7,095 nt of DNA from Candidatus Iainarchaeum sp. (GCA_003559395.1 PWLL01000065.1:1-7095); one strand, 5' to 3'. Positions 1-4,780 are shown, counted from the stretch's first letter. Numbers and translations: made by a program. The notes: generated from the letters alone by a model not told the origin.

Positions 1-68
1 CATAGTTTTTCTTTTTTTAAACAATAATATATTTATTGACACAAAACAAATATAAGTACTTTGTTCAC

Positions 69-74
69 AAAAAA
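69..74 (-). terminator. T6 tract immediately after the NFACT-R gene stop
   Basis: The minus strand reads TAG-TTTTTT-GTGAACAA, followed by TTTGTTTTG about 20 nt downstream. Low specificity in AT-rich DNA. Confidence 0.3.
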
Positions 75-854
75 CTAATCAATAATTTCAAAACTTCCAG
101 TTGGTAAAAAAAGATCAATTTCTGAAGAGTCTGCGTTTATTTGTTTTTCTTTAAGTTTTTGTTTAATTATTTTTATTGTTTCTGATTTTTTTAAAGAACC
201 TGGTTTAAGAGCAACATAGAAGGGATATTTTTCTATTGCTGTTCTAGGTCCAGAAACAATGGTTTTTTTTTGTTTATCAAAAGAAACTAATAGTTCTAAG
301 ATTATTTTTTTATAATACGTTCTTGAACCTCTAATAACAAACGCGCCAGTTCCTAAAGACTCTCCCGATTTTGGTGTTTTGGTTACTTGTTCAGCAGTAA
401 CAGAATATACTTCTTGAGAAAAATAATTGTTTTTCCAAGCTGAAGAAAAAACAGCAGCAATCGTTGCTGCTTCTTGTTTGTCTATCTCTTGTGCCTCTTT
501 TCCTTTTTTTAAAACAACATGTGGAGCACCGTGAGCATCTGCATGAAAATAAAGATCTTTTTCTTCTAGATGTTTTTTAACAACCACTTCATTACTTTTT
601 GCATCTCTTCCAGCAATAACCAAATAGTTGTTAGATGTAAAACACCATCTATATTTTTCATACCATTCCTTATCTCTTTTAATAATCTTTTTAAGTTGTT
701 GTTTTTCTGGTCTTTCTATTTGTTGTTGTTTTTCTTGTGTATTTTTTTGTGCTTTTTTAAGTCCTTTTATTTTTTGTTCTATTTTTTGTTTTTGTTTATA
801 TTTAAGGTCTGCATTTTTTCCTGCACTTTTGTTATAGTATATTTCTATTTCCAT
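75..854 (-). CDS. NFACT-R (DUF814) plus short NFACT-C-like tail: stand-alone C-terminal half of an RqcH/Rqc2/NEMF (FbpA-type) ribosome quality control factor
   Basis: Uninterrupted 259-aa ORF with TAG stop at 75..77 and ATG at 852..854, 9 bp after the upstream stop. Motifs WYEKYRWCFTSNNYLVIAGRDAKSNEVVVKKHL, LYFHADAHGAPHVVLK, SSAWK and VTKTPKSGESLGTGAFVIRG match the DUF814/NFACT-R signature as I recall it. The N-terminal ~60 aa are K/Q-rich and helical. No NFACT-N or HhH part is present. Confidence 0.8.
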   Translation of the reverse strand: MEIEIYYNKSAGKNADLKYKQKQKIEQKIKGLKKAQKNTQEKQQQIERPEKQQLKKIIKRDKEWYEKYRWCFTSNNYLVIAGRDAKSNEVVVKKHLEEKDLYFHADAHGAPHVVLKKGKEAQEIDKQEAATIAAVFSSAWKNNYFSQEVYSVTAEQVTKTPKSGESLGTGAFVIRGSRTYYKKIILELLVSFDKQKKTIVSGPRTAIEKYPFYVALKPGSLKKSETIKIIKQKLKEKQINADSSEIDLFLPTGSFEIID

Positions 855-863
855 AATAATCTT

Positions 864-1397
864 TTATTTACCTATATCTTTTTCAAGAAGATCAATTAAC
901 GCATCTATTTCGTTTTTTTTTTTATAGCTTGGTTCTGTTAAAAAACACATACTTCTGTTTTTTATAAAATTAAAAACATTTGGAATTTGATAGTATTTTT
1001 CTTGAAAATCTTTATATTGGTCTTCTATGTTTTTAGATAACATATTAAGAAAAATATTTGATTGATTTTCAGTTATTACTTGTGAACAAGAAATAATGTT
1101 TGAATCATCGTTAATAATTTTTAAAAACTCATTAAAAGTTTTTTTGTCTGAAAGATCAACCTGCAACAAAACTTTTGATTTAAGATTATAGCCTGCAACT
1201 TTTGCATCAAGCAAAGGTCTATAACCGTTTATAAATTTATTTTCTTCAAGGAAGTTAATGGATGATTTTATAGTAGTTCTATGAAACCCAGTAATCTTTT
1301 GTATTTCTTTTATATTAGGAGAAATTGCTTTTTTTTGTTTCATAGCAGAAAGTATCTTAACTCTTATGGGGTCTATTATTTTTTTTTGAGTAGGCAT
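864..1397 (-). CDS. Lrp/AsnC-like winged-helix transcriptional regulator (HTH plus RAM-like domain, with a C-terminal extension)
   Basis: 177-aa ORF with TAA stop at 864..866. The N-terminus DPIRVKILSAMKQKKAISPNIKEIQKITGFHRTTIKSSINFLEENKFINGYRPLLDAKVAGYNLKSKVLLQVDL follows the Lrp/AsnC pattern: HTH, then G-Y-x-x-x-L-D, then the first beta strand of the RAM domain. A segment resembling the family ligand-domain core follows (SNIISCSQVITENQSNIFLNMLSKNIED). Family assignment is by eye only. Confidence 0.6.
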   Translation of the reverse strand: MPTQKKIIDPIRVKILSAMKQKKAISPNIKEIQKITGFHRTTIKSSINFLEENKFINGYRPLLDAKVAGYNLKSKVLLQVDLSDKKTFNEFLKIINDDSNIISCSQVITENQSNIFLNMLSKNIEDQYKDFQEKYYQIPNVFNFIKNRSMCFLTEPSYKKKNEIDALIDLLEKDIGK

Positions 1398-1444
1398 GTT
1401 GCTTCACAAATATACTTGTACATAAAAACATATAAAAAAGGAAG

Positions 1445-1458
1445 TTTTTGTACAAAAA
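1445..1458. repeat. Perfect 14-bp palindrome TTTTTGTACAAAAA upstream of the Lrp/AsnC-like gene (candidate operator, or hairpin at the end of the upstream operon)
   Basis: Verified base by base with symmetry centre at 1451|1452. It lies 48-61 nt upstream of the ATG at 1397, just distal to TATA-like boxes at 1421..1440, and 57-70 nt downstream of the DUF4349 stop. Confidence 0.5.
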
Positions 1459-1492
1459 ACACACAACAATGATTTTTAATATACTTTAAAAT

Positions 1493-1510
1493 AAAAAATA
1501 GAAAGAAAAA
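1493..1510 (-). terminator. Oligo-T tracts (archaeal-type termination signal) after the DUF4349 gene
   Basis: Right after the TGA, the transcribed strand reads TTTCTTTTTCTTTCTATTTTTTATTTT, with T5 at 1510..1506 and T6 at 1498..1493. T-rich runs are common in this genome, so specificity is low. Confidence 0.35.
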
Positions 1511-1514
1511 GAAA

Positions 1515-2387
1515 TCATCTCTTTTTCTTTGGTTTCTTTCTAAATAATCTTATCGCCATAACAAGAAGATAAATAACAACCACATATGGCAAAATAGCAA
1601 ACAATATGAAAAACAAACTATTTATACTGTTTACAAGAGTTTTTAAAAGACCAGAAAACTTAAAGAAATTAATATCAACATAATCTGAAGTTTCTGTTAG
1701 ATTTATGTTAATAGTAGAATATGCTATTCTTTCATCTAAATTCTCTAATCTATCTTCTAGATATTTTATTCTTCTTTCTTGATTAGATATTTTACTTATT
1801 AGATCTATTTTGTTATCATAAGATGTTTTTTCATCATTATATAACTTATAATATCTTTCTAAAGTTTCTTTTTCTACTTCTAATTCATAAGTTAAATCTG
1901 TATGTGTGCCAGTCACATCTGACCCACTTTCTGAAAAATATTTAAGATCTCCTGTTTCTTTTAACTGAATTTTAACAGAATCTAGTTTTCTAGCATCTAC
2001 TCGTACAGTATACCGCCCTCGTTTTAAACCTTTATCTGTTTCACTTACACTCTCTGAAATAATAAAAGCATCAGCAGTAGTTAAAATGCTTTTTATTTGT
2101 TGTTCTGCAATAAAAAAGTTGTTTTTACGAACTTCTAAGTTAACGATTGCATTTTTTATGATTAGTCTTATTTCTTCTTCAGGAGCAAAAGAATCTCTTG
2201 CACTATATGTAACAGAAGAATAACCTGCTTCTGTATGCATCATATCTGTTGCAACTCTCGCACCTGTAGTTGTAGCAAATGAAGAAAACAATCCAACACC
2301 ACTAAAAACTATTAACAAAAAAACAAATAAAACAACCAACAACCAATTTTCTGAAACCTTTTTAAATTGCTTTTTTAAATTTGACAT
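1515..2387 (-). CDS. DUF4349-family membrane protein (N-terminal TM, extracytoplasmic DUF4349 domain with coiled-coil stretch, C-terminal TM)
   Basis: Start placed at ATG 2385..2387 (MSNLKKQF...) because it sits 5 nt after a GGTG core (AGGTGA, 2392..2397) and 4 nt after the upstream stop. The track's longer start at 2432 would overlap the upstream gene by 41 nt. Family-typical segments: RLIIKNAIVNLEV, YTVRVDARKLDSVKIQLKETG, SGSDVTGTHTDL, RRIKYLEDRLENLDERIAYSTININL. Hydrophobic segments lie near both ends, the tail is RKKPKKKR, and the TGA stop is at 1515..1517. Confidence 0.8.
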   Translation of the reverse strand: MSNLKKQFKKVSENWLLVVLFVFLLIVFSGVGLFSSFATTTGARVATDMMHTEAGYSSVTYSARDSFAPEEEIRLIIKNAIVNLEVRKNNFFIAEQQIKSILTTADAFIISESVSETDKGLKRGRYTVRVDARKLDSVKIQLKETGDLKYFSESGSDVTGTHTDLTYELEVEKETLERYYKLYNDEKTSYDNKIDLISKISNQERRIKYLEDRLENLDERIAYSTININLTETSDYVDINFFKFSGLLKTLVNSINSLFFILFAILPYVVVIYLLVMAIRLFRKKPKKKR

Positions 2388-2391
2388 TTTT

Positions 2392-2397
2392 TCACCT
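2392..2397 (-). promoter_or_regulatory. Shine-Dalgarno AGGTGA for the DUF4349 gene, containing the TGA stop of the upstream wHTH-TM gene
   Basis: The minus strand reads AAAAGGTGAAAAAATG. The GGTG core is 5 nt from the ATG at 2387, and the stop TGA is 2394..2392. Confidence 0.6.
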
Positions 2398-2952
2398 TTT
2401 TCTATCTTTCTTTTTTTTAAAATAAAAAACACCTACATACATCGTAAACAATAACAACGTAAAAAACACAACATTGTATATCAAGCTTTTGTTTACTGTT
2501 TCTGTAGAGTCTTGAAAAGTTCTTTCTGTAAAATCTTCTACTTGGGTTTGAACCATGAAATCGTCTTCTGTTGCAAGATCTTCAACATAACCAACTCTGG
2601 TTTCATATAACGGAGCAAGCATAGAAGTTAACAAAAACATACCAAACCCAATAGTCATTATTAAGCCCAATACAAAGCTCCAAAGAGCTTTTGTTTCTTT
2701 AGGATTTATAAGATTAATACCTTTATAAGTTAAAGAATAGTATTTCCATTTTCTAGCTTCATTTTTTTTAATAAGCTCTACTTTTAAAAGAATATCAAGA
2801 TGTTCTTTTAAAGTTGCAGGAGACAAACCAATTTCTTTTGACAACTCAGACAAAGTTTTTTGTCGTTTTCCCAAAGACTTTAAAAGATCTAATCTGGAAT
2901 CTACAGCAATTGCTTTTAAAGTTGGTTTATCAATCACGATTTTATTTTCCAT
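2392..2952 (-). CDS. ArsR/HTH_20-type winged-helix regulator fused to two C-terminal transmembrane segments (membrane-anchored transcription factor)
   Basis: 186-aa ORF. The wHTH signature is LKAIAVDSRLDLLKSLGKRQKTLSELSKEIGLSPATLKEHLDILLKVELIKKNEARKWKYYSLT. Hydrophobic stretches at about aa 89-114 (ALWSFVLGLIMTIGFGMFLLTSMLAPL) and 157-178 (LIYNVVFFTLLLFTMYVGVFYF) bracket an acidic ~40-aa loop. The tail is polybasic (KKKKDRKR). The TGA stop at 2392..2394 is embedded in the downstream gene's Shine-Dalgarno. Confidence 0.75.
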   Translation of the reverse strand: MENKIVIDKPTLKAIAVDSRLDLLKSLGKRQKTLSELSKEIGLSPATLKEHLDILLKVELIKKNEARKWKYYSLTYKGINLINPKETKALWSFVLGLIMTIGFGMFLLTSMLAPLYETRVGYVEDLATEDDFMVQTQVEDFTERTFQDSTETVNKSLIYNVVFFTLLLFTMYVGVFYFKKKKDRKR

Positions 2953-2974
2953 AACTTCTCAATATTTATTAAAG

Positions 2975-2984
2975 TATAAACAAT
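2975..2984 (-). promoter_or_regulatory. BRE/TATA-like promoter core ATTGTTTATA (minus strand) for the wHTH-TM/DUF4349 operon; implies a leaderless mRNA
   Basis: The 10-mer ends exactly 22 nt upstream of the ATG (2952), so the TTTATA centre is ~25 nt from the start codon. The identical 10-mer at identical spacing precedes cmk (6398..6407). A second 9/10 copy sits 11 bp further upstream (2986..2995). Confidence 0.45.
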
Positions 2985-2988
2985 TTAT

Positions 2989-3002
2989 AAACAAATTTGT
3001 TT
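2989..3002. repeat. Perfect 14-bp palindrome AAACAAATTTGTTT upstream of the ArsR-type wHTH-TM gene (candidate operator)
   Basis: Verified base by base with centre at 2995|2996. It lies 37-50 nt upstream of the ATG at 2952 and overlaps the distal copy of the duplicated TATAAACAA element. Confidence 0.5.
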
Positions 3003-3022
3003 TGTTTAGGTCTATACCAAAA

Positions 3023-3685
3023 CTAAAGCTCCTTTGTTTCTCCAATATCAAAAACAACATAGTTGATATTAGAACCATCTTTTTTAAATATTTTTTCTAA
3101 ATCTTCTGGTTTTCCAGAAAGTTCATCAAACGTGCCATAGTGCATAGGCACAACAATCTTAGGATCTAGTAATTTTGTAGCATACGCAGCTTGTTTAGGA
3201 CCCATCGTATATAAGTCGCCTATTGGCAAAAAAACAATGTCAGGAGAATAAAGTTCCTTTATTATCTTCATATCATAAAACACGCCAGTATCTCCTGCAA
3301 AATAAATTGTTTTTTCTTTAGTTTTTATAACATACCCAACACAAACGCCAGTCTTAGAAGAATGATCAGCTTTAACAAAAGTTATTTCTAAAGCCTTATA
3401 TCTTATGGTGCCACCAATATTTCCACCAATTGCTTTTATTTGATATTTTAAAAGTTCTTGTGCAAGATCAAACAAACAAACAACCTCAGATCCATTGGCT
3501 TTAGCTATGTTTATTGTGTCTCCTAAATGATCTTGATGATCATGACTAACTAAAATAACATCAGGATTTAAGTTATAAGGGTTTATTTGGATGTTTGGGT
3601 TGCCTGAGATAAAGGGGTCTATTAGTATCTTCAGTTCTTCTGTTTCTATGAAAAAACAGGAGTGTCCTAAATATCGTACATTCAT
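3023..3685 (-). CDS. UPF0173-type metal-dependent hydrolase (metallo-beta-lactamase fold)
   Basis: 220-aa ORF. The N-terminus MNVRYLGHSCFFIE...ILIDPF and the H-x-H-x-D-H metal motif SHDHQDH (3527..3547) are typical of the UPF0173/Lactamase_B_3 family, as are the later ADH, YFAGDTG and VPMHYGTF motifs. The ATG at 3683..3685 is preceded by GGTGAT (3689..3694). TAG stop at 3023..3025. Confidence 0.85.
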   Translation of the reverse strand: MNVRYLGHSCFFIETEELKILIDPFISGNPNIQINPYNLNPDVILVSHDHQDHLGDTINIAKANGSEVVCLFDLAQELLKYQIKAIGGNIGGTIRYKALEITFVKADHSSKTGVCVGYVIKTKEKTIYFAGDTGVFYDMKIIKELYSPDIVFLPIGDLYTMGPKQAAYATKLLDPKIVVPMHYGTFDELSGKPEDLEKIFKKDGSNINYVVFDIGETKEL

Positions 3686-3688
3686 TCA

Positions 3689-3694
3689 ATCACC
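3689..3694 (-). promoter_or_regulatory. Shine-Dalgarno GGTGAT for the MBL hydrolase gene
   Basis: The minus strand reads TAA-AT-GGTGATTGA-ATG. The GGTG core is 5 nt from the ATG, the same spacing as at the DUF4349 gene. Confidence 0.6.
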
Positions 3695-3696
3695 AT

Positions 3697-4542
3697 TTAC
3701 AAAAATTTCTCTTTAATATCTACAATCACGTTATGTGGTCCAAAAAAATAAAGTTTTCCATGTTCTATTTTTATGACAACTTCATTAACATATATCTTAA
3801 ATCTTGTTTTTAAAATGTTTTCTAGATTACTAAACAATATTTTCTTAAAAACATCTATATTTTCTATATTTAACAAAAAAACGTTTGATGTTTTTTTAAC
3901 AAAAACATAGTTTTCTTCAAACATTTTTATTGTTTTTTCTTCACTTGAAGTACAATCGATTAATATTTCAGAAATATTATAAAAATTTGCAAGTTTTATT
4001 ATGTTGTTGATAGAAGAAGAATCTAAGTTTAAGATTGCAACATCTTCAAAATTTTGTTCTTGAAAGATCAATATTTGTTTTTCAAGGACTTTGTTAAGAT
4101 GTGCAAAATAACTTGTTTTTTTTTCTAGTTTTTGTTTAAGAAGTTCTAGATCTCTTATATAAAATGCAGAGCCAGTTTTTCCTATCTTCAACAAAGTGGA
4201 GTCTTGTTTGGATCTTTCTAAAAAGATTTGTAGATGTTTAATTATTTCTTCTATATTTTCTAGATTTTCTTTTTCTCGTGTATTTTTTATAAGATCGTTA
4301 ATATTTATTAGTATTTTATTTTTAAGTTTAGACTCAACAATAAGCTTTCCTTTTTCTGTTAACATGTAGTAGTCTTTTTCTTTTTTTACATCCTCAAAAG
4401 ACAAAAGGTTCTTTAGCGATCTTGAGAGTGCTGCTTTTGCAGAGGCTTTGCTTGAGTAGTTTGGTAGTATCCTTGTTAACAGATCGTTATAGGTTGTTTT
4501 GTGTTGTCCAATATTCAACAGTATTGAGTCTGATAATGTCAT
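3697..4542 (-). CDS. Hypothetical protein with probable N-terminal winged-helix domain, helical linker and unassigned alpha/beta C-terminal domain
   Basis: 281-aa uninterrupted ORF in an AT-rich, stop-codon-prone background, with the same K/E/N/I-rich composition as neighbouring genes. The N-terminal ~70 aa (ILLNIGQHKTTYNDLLTRIL...ALSRSLKNLLSFEDVKKEKDYYMLTEKGKLIV) look like helix-turn-helix plus a beta-hairpin wing. I recognise no family for the remainder. TAA stop at 3697..3699, 11 bp before the MBL gene start. Confidence 0.7.
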   Translation of the reverse strand: MTLSDSILLNIGQHKTTYNDLLTRILPNYSSKASAKAALSRSLKNLLSFEDVKKEKDYYMLTEKGKLIVESKLKNKILININDLIKNTREKENLENIEEIIKHLQIFLERSKQDSTLLKIGKTGSAFYIRDLELLKQKLEKKTSYFAHLNKVLEKQILIFQEQNFEDVAILNLDSSSINNIIKLANFYNISEILIDCTSSEEKTIKMFEENYVFVKKTSNVFLLNIENIDVFKKILFSNLENILKTRFKIYVNEVVIKIEHGKLYFFGPHNVIVDIKEKFL

Positions 4543-4601
4543 TTTTTAATTCCTGTTTTAGTATTTGCTATAAATATAGAAGAAATAACACTTTTAAAAA
4601 G

Positions 4602-4633
4602 TATGTTTTTTTAGAATTGCTTAAAAAAACATA
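4602..4633. repeat. Inverted repeat with 12-bp perfect arms (TATGTTTTTTTA / TAAAAAAACATA) around an 8-nt spacer GAATTGCT, in the divergent intergenic region
   Basis: Arms at 4602..4613 and 4622..4633 are exact reverse complements. The element is centred ~75 bp upstream of the 281-aa wHTH gene start and ~163 bp upstream of the histone start. Confidence 0.5.
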
Positions 4634-4700
4634 AAATATTTTATTTTTCTTTATATATCATATAAACTGTTCTTTTTTAGTGTTTTTACAGACCAGTTCT

Positions 4701-4742
4701 CTTTTTATAAAGGTTTTGTATGACAATATATATATAATAAAG
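4701..4742 (+). promoter_or_regulatory. Candidate histone promoter region with two TATA-like boxes
   Basis: CTTTTTATAAAGG (4701..4713) and AATATATATATAATAAAG (4725..4742) lie 40-80 bp upstream of the histone ATG. The proximal box would give a ~20-nt leader that contains the SD. AT-rich background makes this weak. Confidence 0.3.
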
Positions 4743-4768
4743 AAAAAATATTACTTTAAATTAAAAAA

Positions 4769-4774
4769 GAGGTG
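4769..4774 (+). promoter_or_regulatory. Shine-Dalgarno GAGGTG for the histone gene
   Basis: AAAAAGAGGTGTAAAAAATG. The 6-nt match to the anti-SD is followed by a 6-nt spacer before the ATG at 4781. Confidence 0.65.
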
Positions 4775-4780
4775 TAAAAA

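Noticed and set aside
1-74. CAT at 1..3 could be the ATG of a minus-strand gene lying left of the window, with TATA-like AATAAATATATT (27..38, minus strand) ~30 nt upstream and an ATTGTTTAA word (18..26) resembling the ATTGTTTATA promoter core
   Set aside because: The coding body would lie entirely outside the window, so nothing can be verified. TATA-like words are ubiquitous in this AT-rich DNA.
855-866. The Lrp-like ORF and the NFACT-R ORF are in the same reading frame, separated only by TAA plus three codons (K-I-I), so a stop-codon read-through or recoded fusion protein is conceivable
   Set aside because: Sharing a frame has a 1-in-3 chance. TAA clearly terminates another gene in the window (the 281-aa ORF). 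A wHTH-NFACT-R fusion has no precedent that I know of. I treat these as two genes.
570-899. Plus-strand track ORFs 570..899 (109 aa) and 628..837 (69 aa)
   Set aside because: Both lie antisense to the well-supported NFACT-R gene. Their products are F/L/C/S-rich low-complexity strings, as expected when translating the complement of K/E-rich coding sequence. Neither has a start context or any recognisable motif.
913-923. 11-nt homopolymer (A11 on the coding strand, encoding KKK-N) inside the Lrp-like gene, a possible slippage or phase-variation site or a source of sequencing error
   Set aside because: The reading frame is intact across it. Long A-runs encoding poly-Lys are frequent throughout this window, for example in the tails of the two membrane proteins. 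There is no evidence for a programmed frameshift.
1281-1472. Plus-strand track ORF 1281..1472 (63 aa)
   Set aside because: It is a shadow ORF antisense to the 5' end of the Lrp-like gene that runs into its promoter region. Its composition (F/Y/L-rich) is atypical of the real genes here.
2388-2432. Longer start (ATG at 2432, MFFILKKRKIEKGEK...) for the DUF4349 gene, as listed in the ORF track
   Set aside because: It would overlap the upstream gene by 41 nt and has no SD. The internal ATG at 2387 has an AGGTGA SD at 5-nt spacing and produces the family-typical layout of a short basic N-terminus followed by a TM.
4422-4634. Plus-strand track ORF 4422..4634 (70 aa)
   Set aside because: It is antisense to the N-terminal wHTH coding region of the 281-aa gene and continues through that gene's promoter. 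It has no SD or TATA context, so it is most simply a shadow ORF.
4543-4780. The unusually long (238 bp) divergent spacer might hide a small protein gene or ncRNA
   Set aside because: The only ATG-initiated frames are 3-6 codons long (for example ATG ACA ATA TAT ATA TAA at 4720). The sequence is almost pure A/T with no stable G+C-containing helices apart from the A/T inverted repeat reported separately. It is best explained as two back-to-back promoters.
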